A stretch of DNA of 64,000 nucleotides from the human T2T-CHM13v2.0 reference genome, Homo sapiens. The position numbers were made by a program, and so were the translations under genes. How positions within the stretch are numbered: the stretch's first letter is position 1; every line of letters starts with the position of its first letter. Location of the stretch: the NCBI RefSeq assembly GCF_009914755.1, contig NC_060936.1; one strand, 5' to 3'. Positions 26,914-40,963 of this stretch are shown piece after piece. The notes under the pieces are model-generated. The model was not told where the DNA came from and searched no databases. It worked only from the letters and a program-made list of their open reading frames with translations.

Positions 26914-29146
26914 TGTATTAGTCCATTTCCATGCTGCTGATAAAGATATACCCAAGACTGGGCAATTTACTGGGCATTTACAGTTCCACTTGGCTGGGGA
27001 AGCCTCACAAACATGGCGAAAGGCAGGAGGAGCAAGTCACATCTTACATGGATGGCAGCAGGCAAAGAGAGAGATTGGGCAGGGATACTACCCCTTATAA
27101 TACTGTCAGATCTCATGAGACTTATTCACTGTCATCAGAACAGCATGGGAAAGACCTGCCTCCATGGTTCAGTTACCTCCCACCAGGTCCCTCCCACAAC
27201 ACATGAGAATTCAAGATGAGATTTGGGTGGGGACACAGCCAAATCATATCATTCTGCCCCAACCCCTCCCAAATCTCATGCCCTCACATTTCAAACAATC
27301 ATGGCTTCCCAACAGTGCCCCAGGTCTTAACTCATTTCAGCATTAACTCAAAAGTCCACAGTCCAAAGTTTCATCTGAGATAAGGTAAGTCCCTTCTGCC
27401 TATGAGCCTGTAAAATCAAAAGCAAATTAGTTACTTTTTAGACACAATGGGGGTACAGGCATTGGATAAACATAGCCATTCCAAATGGCCAAAACAAAGG
27501 GGCTACAGCCCCATGCAAGTCTAAAATCCAGTGGGGCAGTCAAATCTTAAGGCTCAAAAATGACCTTTGACTCCCTATCTCACATCCAGGTCACGCTGAC
27601 GCAAGAGGTAGGTTCCCATAGTCAGGAAGTTCTGCCCCTGTGGCTTGGCAGGGTATAGCTTCCCTCCTGGCTGCTTTCATGGGCTGGCGTTGAGTGTCTG
27701 CAGCTTTTCCAGGCAAACAGTGCAGGTTGTTGGTGGATCTACCATTCTGGGGCCTGGAGGATGGTGGTCCTCTTCTCACAACTCCACTAGGCAATGTCCC
27801 AGTAGAGAATCTGTGTGGGGACTCTGACCCCACATTTCCCTTCTGCACTGTCCTAGCAGAGGTTCTCCATGAGTGCCCCGCCCCTACAGCAAACTTCTTC
27901 CTGTACATTCAGGCATTTCCATACATCCTCTGAAATCTAGGCAGAGGTTCCCAAACCCCATTTCTTGACTTCTGTGCACTCACAGGCTCAACTCCATGTG
28001 GAAGCTGCCAATGCTTGGGGCTTGCACCCTCTGAAGCCACAGCTCAAGCTCTACATTAGCCCCTGTCAGCCAAAGCTGGAGCGGCTGGAATGCAGGACAC
28101 CAAGTCCCTATGCTTCACACTGCATGAGGACCTGGGCCCACAAAACCATTTTCTCCTAGGCCTCTGGGCCTGTGATGGGAGGGGCTGCTGTGAAGACCTC
28201 TGACATGCCCTGGAGACATTTTCACCATTGTCTTGGGGATTATTATTTGGCTCCTCGTTATTAATGCAAATTTCTGCAGCCGCCTTTAATTTCTCCTCCG
28301 AAAATGGGGGGGTTTTCTTTTCTATCACATTGTCAGTCTGCAAATATTCCAAATTTTATGCTCTGCTTCCCTTATAAAACTGAATGCCTTTAACAGCACC
28401 CAATTCACCTCTTGAATGCTTTGTTGCTATTTCTTCCACCAGAAACCCTAAATCATCTCTCTCAAGTTCAAAGTTCCATAAATCTCTAGGGTGAGGGCAA
28501 AATGCCACCAGTCTCTTAGCTAAAACATAACCAGAGTCACCTTTGCTCCACTTCCCAGCAAGTTTCTTGTCTTCATCTGAGACCACCTCAGCCTGGACTT
28601 TATTGTCCATATCTCTATCAGGCTTTAGGTAAAAGCCATTCTCTAGGGAGTTTCATACTTTCCTATATTTTTCTGTCTTCTTCTGAGCCCTCCAAATTGT
28701 TCCAACCTCTGCCTCTTAGGCCCAGTTCTAAAGTCGCTTCCACATTTTCAGGTATCTTTTCAGCAGTGCCCCACTCCCGGTACCAATTTACTGTATTAAT
28801 CCGTTTTCACACTGCTGATAAAGACATACCTGAGGCTGGGCAATTTACAAATGAAAGAGGTTTAATTGGACTTACAGTTCCATGTGGCTGTGGAAGCCTC
28901 ACAATCATGGCAGAAGGCAAGGAGGAGCAAGTCATGTCTTACATGGAGGCAGCAGGCAAAGAGAGAGATTGGGCAGGGAAACTCCCCCTTATAATACTGT
29001 CAGATCTCATGAGACTTATTCACTATCACGAGAACAGCATGGGAAAGACCCACCTCCATGATTCAATTACCTCCTACCTCATCCCTCCCCACAACCCGTG
29101 GGAATTCAAGATGAGATTTGAGTGGGAACACAGCCAAACCATATCA
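26914..29146 (-). mobile_element. Full-length THE1 (THE1A/B-like) MaLR retroelement: 3' LTR 26914-27251, internal 27252-28791, 5' LTR 28792-29146
   Basis: Two homologous LTRs (tgtatta...atatca), a typical ~1.5-kb THE1 internal region, and a perfect 5-bp TSD ctgag. Confidence 0.96.
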
Positions 29147-29544
29147 CTGAGTATTGCTCTGGTCCCACCTGAAAAACCATAAAGGCAAGAACCAAAGGAA
29201 TCAAATTTTTTCCAAAAAACTTAATTGAATCCCAGAACAATATTCAAAATGTGCCAGAATATAAAAATAGCACACAAGCAAGGCAAAATGTTTAACAGCT
29301 GGCATTCAAACAAAGACTATTAGGCATGAAAACATGACAGAAACTCACCATTCATCATGAGGAAAATAATCAGTCAACACAGGCTTCAACTGACACAGAG
29401 TTAGGATTAGCAAAGAAGAGCATTAAAACAGATATTATAAACCTATATGTTCAAAAGTTAAACAGAGACATGAAAGATATTTAAAAAGACAAATTGGACT
29501 TTCCAAGATGGAAATTCCAAGTGCCTGAGATACTGAGATAAAAT

Positions 29545-29629
29545 ACACACACACACACACACACACGCACGCACATACATACACACACAGACATATACAC
29601 ACAAACACACACACACACACACACACACA
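29545..29629. repeat. Interrupted (CA)n microsatellite
   Basis: Direct reading. Confidence 0.95.
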
Positions 29630-30394
29630 TGCTGGAAGGGGTTAATGGTGATTAGACATTGCAAAAGAAAATATAACTGAATTTTCATGCATAACAACAT
29701 AAAATACCCAAAATGGAACATTGAGAGAAAAAGAATCCCTCCCCCTACCCACCCAAAATGGAAAGAAGGTTAGTGAGGTGTGGAACAACTTAAAGCAGCT
29801 TAGTATGAGGAGAGGAAAAGTAAATATTTGAAGAAATAATGGCCAAATGCTCTTCCAACTTAATGAAAACAAGAAACCCACCAATCCAGGAAGCACAACC
29901 AACTCCTACATTCTACATGATCATATTTCATCTTTATCCAGCACAGTGGGAGGCACTGTAGACAATCAATCAACTGATGAGTTAAATTACACTGTTGCAC
30001 ATGAAAATATACAGCAATGTTGGTTTATAGAGGTTCATTTTAGATAAACTACCTTTTATTATTTTTTAAATTCGCTCTTATTTATAAAAGTTGTCCATGA
30101 TTTAACACCAAATATCACAATAAACAGCTGCTCGGGTGAGAAAATGTTTATGTTGATAAGAAAATTCACCACGGAATAACTGGTTGCAAAATCCCTGAAG
30201 AGCTTATGGCTTTTCTTTGGTGGTGGAAATGCATACATGATGTGGATTCCAGCAGAAGACAACAACCAACTCTGACTTCATTAACGTAGCTAAGGTATAT
30301 GATCTTAGTCATATCACCAATCTTATTTTAATGTATGATTCAAGATGGCTACTTGAATATTTAATTTCAGGCAAAATGTAAAGGGAATAGATTT

Positions 30395-30590
30395 AGGTCT
30401 TAAAAGTACGGGTTTTGTAGGCAGACTAGCTTAGTTATAACTCCAGCTCTGACATTAGCTGTTTAGTCTTGGGTGATTTATTTGAACTCTCTGTACCTCA
30501 GCTTTCTGCTGTAAAATGGGATTTAAAATGTTAACTATTATAAGGAAGAGATAAATATTGTAAAACACATTAATAACATGTATTGAAAGT
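30395..30590 (+). mobile_element. MIR
   Basis: ctccagctct...cttgggtgatttatttgaactctctgtacctcagctttct..tgtaaaatggg. Confidence 0.75.
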
Positions 30591-30976
30591 TATTAAAAAA
30601 GAGCCCATTTCATCTGTGTCTGCCATTATATGCTTATTTCAATATTAAATCCATTCCACTGTATTATCACATCATAGGTTTTTTTTTTTCTCCTTTACAC
30701 CTGACATTTCAAAGGCAGGAAGTTGTCTGTACTTCTCCTTTCTCATTGAGACAGTTGCTAGTAGAAGTTCTTGATTGGGGTAGAAGCACATATACTTTAG
30801 CCCATTTAAAAATAAGACATTTATTTTAAATGGAGCAACATACCTAAATTTCTCTTTGACAACATCCTCACCCTGACTCAAATGCCACTCTGTCAGTAAG
30901 GATGTTAACCACCTGATAAGACTATACGCTTGTGATGTTTTATCTATTTCTATCCTTAGCCACTCAAAAAAAATAT

Positions 30977-31330
30977 CTTTTTTATTGAGGTATAATGTAT
31001 ATGCAATAAAATCTATCCTTTTTAGCGTGCATTTCTGAGTTTTGACAGATGCACATAGTTATGTAATTACCGCTACACTCAAAACACAGAATCATCACAT
31101 TACCCTAAGAAATACTGCACACTTCTTTGTCTGCTGCATCTGGGGGAGTCATTCACTCTCCAGAGCCCCAGGCCTTACACAGGGGTCAAATCTTCTCTCC
31201 TATAATTATGCCCCCTCCAGAAGGCCATAGAAATGAAAACACATGGTGCAGAGCCTGCTTTTACTTATTATAATGAATTTCAGATATATGTATGTTTTTA
31301 TATGTTATTCGTCATTCATTCCTTTGATGT
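30977..31330 (-). mobile_element. L1MD/ME 3' end fragment
   Basis: ttttattgaggtataat...gagttttgacagatgcac. Confidence 0.75.
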
Positions 31331-31716
31331 ATAGTAAACACAGGAAAATGTGTTCAACATAACTAGCCATTATTGAAATGCTGATTAAAACTACAATGAA
31401 ATACCACATTAAAACAACTCACATTACCAAGAATAGAAGAAACAGAGCAGCTAGAACACTTATACAATGCCTGTGGGAACAGCAATTGAAAGAGCCACTT
31501 TAGAAAAATGTCCCAAAATTTCTTACAATGTTAAACATGCACTTACCACGTGAACAAGCAATTCCACTTTTTAGTATTTATTCAAATGCAATAAAAACTT
31601 ATGTTCACGCAAAAACCTGTACATGAATGGTTGTGTGGATATTTCTTTATAACCACCCCAAACTGGAAACAAACCAAATGCTCTTCAACTGGTAAATGTT
31701 TAAAAAAAAGTTCATG

Positions 31717-31800
31717 CATTTATTTATTTATTCATTCAATTTATTTATTTATTTATTCATTTTATTTATTTATTCAGTTTATTTATTTATTTATTTATTC
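31717..31800. repeat. (TTTA)n/(TTCA)n simple repeat
   Basis: Direct reading. Confidence 0.9.
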
Positions 31801-31903
31801 AATTACCTCCCACTGGAGGTAATTGCCCCCCATGGGGGTAGGCCTTTCCCATGCTGTTCTCATGATAGTGAATAAGTCTCACGAGATCTCATGAGATCAC
31901 GAG
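31797..31903 (+). mobile_element. Rearranged ~100-bp internal fragment of a THE1 LTR
   Basis: ggaggtaattg...catggggg...tttcccatgctgttctcatgatagtgaataagtctcacgagatct. No LTR termini. Confidence 0.9.
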
Positions 31904-31954
31904 TAGATGGCAACTACTCAGGAATAAAAATGATGTACTAGATATTTCATATGT

Positions 31955-32120
31955 GTTTTTGTTTATTGTCTGTCTCTGCCACACACACTAGAATGCAACT
32001 TACAAGGCGGTAGGTATTGATTTGTGCATTCACTATCATAGGCTATTTTATCTAGAATAGTGCCTGGCATCATGTGTTTGGCACTAAATGATAATGTGCT
32101 TAAAAACAAATGAATTCACT
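31955..32120 (+). mobile_element. L2 3' end fragment
   Basis: gtttattgtctgtctc...ctagaatgcaac...ctagaatagtgcctggcat. Confidence 0.75.
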
Positions 32121-32514
32121 ATAGACCCTACAAAAGGCTAAGGAAACAGGGGCAGAGATCCACAGCTGGAAAATGCCCAAATTACATCCAAGCTGTTGCA
32201 AGGCAGACACTCCTATTGCCATCATTAGCACTGGTATGGTAGTTCCTACTGCCACCGTAGAGCACAGGACGCTCATCCAAGTACATCTGCTGCTGCTGCA
32301 GCCCCTGAAAGTCAGGGATCTCTCACCCCCACCCCTGCCAAATGGATTCCAATTAGCACATCCCACTTCATATCACCATCTTCCCTATCAATGACTTCCA
32401 TGGGTTGTCTTAAGAGTAAAATCTGGAATATTTTTCTGACAATACCTTGAAGAACAAAAGTGTCCATGAAGTAGGAAATTTTCCAAACTTAACAACCTCA
32501 TTAACATATATTGG

Positions 32515-33066
32515 ATGTTAAACACAGAATTATCATATGACCCATCAATTTTACTCCTAGGTACACACCCCAAAAATAAAAACAGATGTTCAAGAAGAAG
32601 TGAACTTGCATGTGCATAGCAGCATGATTCACAATTTTTTAAAAAAGGAAAAAGCACAAATATCCATCAATGGGTGAGTGGGTACAGAAGAGTGGCATAT
32701 CCATAAAAAGGAATATTATTTAGCCACAAAAAGGAATGAAGCATGCTACATTTCACAATGGGGACGAACCTTGAAAACACTGCTCAGTAAAAGAAGCCAT
32801 CACAAAAGGCCATCTATTGTATGATATTGTTTATATGAAAAGCTGACATTAGGCAAATACATAGAAAGTAAATTAGTGATTGTCAGGACATGAGAGGAAA
32901 TAGTGACTTCTAAAAGGGCAGGACGTTTCCCTTGGGGATAATAAAAATACTCTACAACTAGATAGAGGTGATGATTGCATAACACTATAAATGTCCTTCA
33001 TGCCACTGAATTGTATGCTTTAAATGATTAATTTTATGTTATGTAAGTTTCACTCAATAAAAAAAT
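32515..33066 (+). mobile_element. L1MB 3' fragment
   Basis: gttaaacacagaattatcatatgaccca...gccactgaattgta...ctcaataaaaaaa. Confidence 0.85.
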
Positions 33067-33237
33067 GCAAAAACAAATTGTGTGGCCACAAAGTCTAACA
33101 AATATCTCCTACATAGGATAAACTCTGCTGAATAAACTGGCCCATCAGCCTGATGATTTTATATTTATGTTTTAAAATAGCCCTTTGTGTAAATATCAGT
33201 CCCTTTAGGGGTGAGACCATTTCTCAAAAGACTCCTG

Positions 33238-33275
<38 letters not shown>

Positions 33276-33638
33276 TAGTCCTTTTAGAAAATGCATCTTT
33301 CCTGATGGTTTAGTAATTTCTATCCCTCCAACACCACGGCCAGGCTCCGGTCCTCCATCCTGCCGTAGGATCATTGGCTTTCCCTGCAGGGAAATATCCT
33401 GTGGCTCTTATTCCACTTGTAACTTGATAGTATTCTTCTCCTCTGACTCTGTTACCACTCTATTTTAGCAGGTATTAAAGTACACACTGTAGATTTTTTT
33501 TGTTGTAAATTCAACCAAGCTTTCATTTTCTTTGCAAGCAAATTCTGCATCAACTGGGCAAAGCCAACACTAGCACAAGTAACTTAAAATCCGTTTAAGA
33601 GGGGCCACTCCAATGCCTGATTAAGTGAGCAAGGTGAA

Positions 33639-34002
33639 TGATATGGTTAGGCTTTGTGTCCCCACCCAAATCTCATCTTGAATTGTAGATCCCATAATCC
33701 CCACGTGTCATGGGAGGGACCCAGTGGAAGGTAACTGAATCATGGGGGTGGGTTTTCCCATGCCATTCTCCTGATAATGACTAAGTCTCTTGAGATCTGA
33801 TGGTTTTATAAATGGGAGTTCCCCTGTACAAGCTCTCTCTTGCCTGCAACCATGTAAGATGTGACTGCTCCTCCTTGGCCTTCTGCCATGATTGTGAGGC
33901 CTCCCCAGCTATGTGGGACTGTGAGTCCATTAAACCTCTTTCCTTTATAATTACCCAGTCTTGGGCAGGTCTTTACTAGCAACATGAGAACAGACTAATA
34001 CA
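33639..34002 (+). mobile_element. THE1C/D solo LTR
   Basis: tgatatggtt...gactaataca. Perfect TSD gtgaa. Confidence 0.96.
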
Positions 34003-34424
34003 GTGAAGAATCAGGAAAACTATTTAGGCCTGTGGAGAACTGGGAGCCCCTGTAGGGGAGGAAGGTTGAGACTCTGCTCCCACTGATCTTGCCCCGTAAG
34101 AACGTGGGCCAAGGGGCAGGGGTGAGGACTGAAATAGAGATGTTCATGTGGAAGTCGTAAGAGTTTGCACAAATATATACTGACACGTATCCACCATTAG
34201 AGCACCACACAGTATTTCTTTGGGGTAACCAATTAAATGTAAGTTTAAACACTGAGCACCATAAGAAAAAACTCACTGTAGAAAAAATTCAATCTGAAAA
34301 CTATCCATTAGCTGACTCTGGAATACACAGTAATATTTTATCAGAGAATCCTAATTCCTTTTCTTTTCTCTTTTTTCTTTCTTTTCTTTTCTTTTCCCTT
34401 CTCTCTTCATCTTTCATTTGCTAT

Positions 34425-34735
34425 TCTTTTTTAGTAGATTTTATGTTATGTTTAGAGTAGTTTTAAGTTTACTGCAAAATTTAGAGTAAGGTACTGAGAT
34501 TTCCCATATACGCTCCACCCTGACACATACATCAGCCTCCCCCATATCAACATCAGCCACCAGAGTGGTCCATTTGTTACAATGGATGATCGCACATTAA
34601 CACATCATTATCACCCAAAGTTGCAGTACATGTTAAGAGTTCACTCTTGGTGTAAGTTCTCTGGGTTTGCACAAATGCATACTGACATGCATCCACAACT
34701 GTAGTATCACACAGAGTAGTTTCACTGTCCCACGT
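34425..34735 (-). mobile_element. L1MC 3' end fragment
   Basis: gagatttcccatata...catttgttacaat...cacagagtagtttcactg. Confidence 0.8.
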
Positions 34736-35477
34736 AGTTTGTTTTTGAGCTTACTGTGTCATTAGAATGAGCAAAGCTCTTTTCATCCCCCTTCTTAGTG
34801 TCGTTATGTTTCTGTCACTTTCTAGTTACTTTTAGAGTTATGGAGTTAAGTGTTTATTTAAATCTGTTCCACTCTTTCACAGATAAATCTGTAAAATCCT
34901 ATTTTGCCACCTTAGTTGCAAACAGGTCACGTTTAGTTTAAATGGATTAGTTTAAAATGCTGTTCATAAAACAACTTATTTTTCATATTTTAATAGTACA
35001 AGAACTGATGTAATTTTAAAGGTTTGTAATGAAGTGGAGATCACTTATAGAGTAAAACTTGAGGAGATATTCTTCCCATAGAAAGTCTTTACTGAAATGC
35101 TATTGAATCAAACAGGTCTAAATATGCATCTATTTCACTACTGAGTGTTCTGCATCATTTTCATTGCAGAAGTTGGAATTTTATTACATAATATCTAATA
35201 TTACAAATAGGTTTGCAAGCCATAGTTTTGAAATGTTTTTTATTTCTTAAAAAGTCCTGTTTTTCAGATTTTGGGATGAAATCCCCTAGTTCTTCAGAGT
35301 TGAAACTATTATTGAGAACAAGCAGAGAACATTTCAAAGAGCAAATATATTCAAGCTGTGAAATATTATGAAAATAGGGAGTCTGGTTAACTGCATTTAA
35401 CATTAACTTTTCAGCTTCTCATTTACTGTTATAAACCTCAATTTCTTCTAGTTGAATGAAAAACAGGTAGAATTCTT

Positions 35478-37235
35478 TTTTTAATTTCCTCTTTATTCCC
35501 ATAGATTTTCAGGGAATGGGTGGTATTCGGTGAAATGAGTAAGTTCTTCAGTGGTGATTTGTGAGATTTTGGTGCACCCATCACCCAAGCAGTACACACT
35601 GTACCCAATTTGCAGTCTTTTATACTTCATCCCCCTTCCACCCTTTCCCTCAAGTCCCCAAAGTCCATTGTGTCATTCTTATGCCTTTGCATCCTTATAG
35701 ATTAGCTCCCACTTACGAGTGAGAAATACGATGTTTGGTTTTGCATTCCTGAGTTACTTCACATAGAATAATGGTCTCCAATTTCACCTAGGTTGCTGTG
35801 AATGCCGTTATTTTGTTCCTTTTTACAGCTGAATAGTATTCTGTGGTGTATATATATCACAATTTCTTTATCCACTCACTGATTGATGGGCATTTGGGAT
35901 GGTTCCACAGTTTTGCAATTGCTAACTGTGCTGCTATAAACATGCATGTGCAAGTATCTTTTTTGTATAATGACTTCCTTCCCTGTGGGTAGATGCCCAG
36001 TAGTGGGACTGCTGGATCAAAAGGTAGTTCTACTTTTAGTTCTTTAAGAAATCTCCACACTGTTTTCTGCAGTGGTTGTACTGGTTTACGTTCCCACCAG
36101 CAGTGTAAAAGTGTTCCCTTTTTACCATATCCCCACCGACATCTGTCATTTTATTATTTTTTTGATTATGGCCATTCTTGCATGAGTAAGGTGGTATAGC
36201 ATCATGGTTTTGATTTGTATTTCCCTAATCATTAGTGATGTTGGCATTTTTCATACGTTCACTGGCCATTTGTATATATTCTTTTGAGAATTGTCTATTC
36301 ATGTCCTTAGCCCATTTTTTGATGAGATTGTTTCTTTTCTTGCTAATTTGTTTGATTTCCTTGTAGATTCTGGATATTAGTCCTTTGTCAGATGTATAGA
36401 TTGTGAAGATTTTCTCCCACTCTGTGGGTTGTCTGTTTACTCTGCTGATTTTTTTTTCTGTGCAGAAAGTTTTTAGCTTAATTAAGTCCCACCTATTTAT
36501 CATTGTTTTTGTTGCATTTGCTTTTGGGTTCTTGGTCATGAAGTCTTTGCCTAAGCCAACGTCTAGCAGGGTTTTTCCAAGGAGGTGAAAGACCTCTACA
36601 AGGAAAACTACAAAACACTGCTGAAACAAATCACAGACAATACAAACAAATGGAAACACATCCCATGCTCATGGATGGGTAGACTCAATATTGTGAAAAT
36701 GACCATACTGTCTAAAGCAATCTACAAATTCAATGCAAATCCCATCAAAATACCACCCTCATTCTTCACAGAACTAGAAAATGAATCCCAAAATTCCTAT
36801 GGAACCAAAAAAGAGCCCAAGTAGCCAAAGCAAGACCAAGCAAAAAGAACAAATCTGGAGGCATCACATTACCTGACTTCAAAGAACCAATCTGGCGGCA
36901 TCACATTACCTGACTTCAAACTATACTATGAAGCCATAGTTACCAAAACAGCATGGTACTGATATAAAAATAGGCACATAGACTAATGGAACAGAATAGA
37001 GAACCTAGAAATAAAGCTAAATACTTACATCCAATTGACCGTCAACAAAGCAAACAAAAACATAAAGCAGGGAAATGACACCCTATTCCACAAATGGTGC
37101 TGGGATAATTGACTAGCCACATGTAGGAGAATGAAACTGGATCCTCATCTCTCATCTTATACAAAAATTAACTAAAGATGGATCAAGGACTTAAATCTAA
37201 GACCTGAAACTATAAAAATTCTAGAAGATAACATC
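35478..37235 (-). mobile_element. L1PB(1)-like insertion with 5' inversion (twin priming): 35478-36580 minus, 36577-37235 plus
   Basis: The two segments are adjacent in the L1 consensus (ctagaagataacat|tggaaaaacc). ccaa microhomology at the junction. TSD agaattctt. Confidence 0.93.
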
Positions 37236-38169
37236 AGAATTCTTAAATGGGTATTATAATTCCCAACTCTTTTTTCCCCCTCTTCTGAAGTGACTGATGA
37301 AGTTCTATTGAATGTTTAATACTACAGAAAGCTGTTGGGTGGACAGGCTGTGGGGATACTGACTCAGTTACCTGGAATCATCCTAGACCTATTATTTACT
37401 TCACTCTCACATTCCATCCAGAGACAAAGCATATCCACTTTACCTAACAACAACCTCACAATCTGAAAACTTTGGTGGACTTGATGCTAAGGTCCCCATC
37501 AAAGTTAATGGTTCTCCCTGCTGCACACTCTTCTTGGCTACTCATGTTCCTCTCTGTGAAACACTTTTGCTTTCCCCTTCTCAGGTCATTGCCCATGGCT
37601 CAACATTAGCATATTCTTCTCGTCCTCACCTCTCTAGTCCTATCCCTCTTGGAGCTCCCTGAAGCCCCTCCACCTCTAATTCCACCCGGCTTGGCTCTCT
37701 TCTCTCTCTCTCTCTTTGCAAACTGTCCCATTGACATGGGTGGCTGCAGTCTCACCCTCCTCCCTTCTCACTATGCTTCCTGTACCTCCTCTCCAAGTCT
37801 CTCCTCCTCTTTCCCTGTCCCCATCTCCCTCTCGATGGCTACATTAATTCCCACGGCCACCATCCCTGCCATCCTGGCTCCCATCAGTGGAGGCTGTTCT
37901 CTCTTTCTCAGACTCTTTCCTTCAGAGCATCAGCTAATCACCAGGACACTAAGAAGAAGCAAGGTAAACGAAGGGGAGACATAGAAAGGAGGACAAGGGT
38001 CAGTCCGGGGGCAGAAGAGCAACATCCACTCTGGAGCTGGCCAGGTGAGATAGATCCCCTCACCGCCCGCATTCCTGCTAAGAACTCCTGAGGGAGGAAG
38101 TGAAGATTCAGACTTCTGTAATCACCATCTCTTTTCACTTTTTTCACTCTCCTTTCTACTCCTGATGGC

Positions 38170-38275
38170 CAGACTCCATGCCTGTCTTGTTTATCATTGT
38201 ATCCCCAATACTCAGCACAAAGCCTGTGGCACAGCAGGCCATCTGCAAATACCTGCTTAGTAGATGAGTGAATGG
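38170..38275 (+). mobile_element. L2 3' end fragment
   Basis: gtcttgtttatcattgtatcccca..ctcagcaca...gcacagcagg...gatgagtgaat. Confidence 0.75.
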
Positions 38276-38691
38276 GGATGCCATGCTCTTGCTTCCAGAC
38301 AGGGAAACAGGGGTCTTGACATTGTGAGTGTGAAGGGAGCAGCTGAGCCAGGAATGGCACTCTCAGGGTTCGCATCAATGTGGTGCAATGGCCACACACT
38401 CTACATCTTGTCCTGGCCAAGCTAGACAGACTCACAGATGCAGTAAGATTTCACGTATGTGTGTGATGTTAACTTTTTATTTTTCAGTGCACAGGGCACT
38501 GTATACATGCGAAGCAGTTATTAAAAATTAGCTGAATTGTATGCAATTGATGTAATTCCAGCATTTTCAATCTTATGAGACTTTTGGAAATCACTTAATT
38601 CAAGTCCTAGTTTTGCAGATGGGGAAAATTAATCTAACAGAAGTTAAGTTTTTGTTCAAGGTCATATAACTAATGTATAATTTTAAAATAA

Positions 38692-39064
<373 letters not shown>

Positions 39065-39216
39065 CTACATTGCATTTCTACATATTTATGGGGTCCATGT
39101 GAGGTTTTGTTACATGCATAGAATGTGTAATAGTCAAGTCATGGTGTTCAGGGTATCCAACACCCAAGTGTTTATCATTTCTATACAATGAGTACATTTC
39201 AAGTCCTCTCTTCTAG

Positions 39217-40355
<1,139 letters not shown>

Positions 40356-40517
40356 TCCAAATTAATCCAGTAAATTATGATAACACTTAAAAAGTAAATT
40401 TGTATATATAACCTTCCCCAAAAAGTTATCTTTTCTAGCTATTTTCAAAGATCCAATATATTGTTTACTGTAGTCAACCTACTCTGCTAAGAAACATTAG
40501 AACTTATTCCTTCTATC

Positions 40518-40963
40518 TATTCAGGATGGTGGGGAAAATGATAAGCCACAAACCTTCTTGGAAGGCCTGAAGATTTTTGCAAAAGTCTCAGGATAAGGTT
40601 ATGGCTGAAGGCAACCTAATCCTTATTTTGAGTAAATAGCCTAAAGTGGGTACAAAGCAAGGTAGTTTACCTAACTAGCTTGTTTACTCATGTGGTCCTA
40701 AGACTAACCTTTCATCTACGGTGGGTGCTTAATTGCTTTCTACTCGGGAAGTCAGCAATGTCAATTACGCTCTAGTGGTGTTTACTCACAACCTTTGTCA
40801 ATTAATCTTTACTGAATAAATTTAAGTATCACTGACTGATCAAGGCCACGGCTGCGACTAAGTGGCCCAGACGCTCAGCCAAACTGGCAAAGCAGAATAT
40901 CTGTGTGTCAGTGTACTTTATTCATCCGTCGCTGGGTCAGGGTCTGCAGGACAGACCCCCACA
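40518..40963 (+). mobile_element. LTR22 solo LTR (HERV-K22/HML-5)
   Basis: caaaccttcttggaaggcc, ggctgaaggca, end gggtcagggtctgc...gacccccaca. 6-bp TSD tctatc. Confidence 0.85.

Larger units (their letters stand above)
26365..29900 (+). mobile_element. Old L1M 5'/ORF1-region fragment, split by THE1 insertion (26365-26913 and 29152-29900)
   Basis: cttctggccaagatg 5' start. Sequence continues across the ctgag TSD. ORF1-like ttgaagaaataatggcc near 29830. Confidence 0.65.
31340..31935 (+). mobile_element. L1M fragment interrupted by a TTTA repeat and a THE1 fragment
   Basis: attaaaactacaatga.ataccac...ccaaactggaaacaaaccaaatg. Resumes at about 31907 (atggcaactactcag). Confidence 0.75.

Noticed and set aside
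26931-29182. Multiple ORFs across THE1
   Set aside because: Fragmented THE1 LTR/internal frames. No intact retroviral gene.
33244-33271. Orphan poly(A)28 as an extremely truncated retro-insertion
   Set aside because: No convincing TSD or attached element sequence. It cannot be distinguished from slippage expansion.
35857-36824. ORFs resembling L1 ORF2 protein
   Set aside because: Real homology, but only short broken fragments of a truncated, inverted L1PB. Not a functional CDS.
37649-38435. 111-aa and 165-aa ORFs in CT-rich, partly unique sequence
   Set aside because: Low-complexity composition, overlap with an L2 fragment, and no recognisable protein similarity or splice structure.
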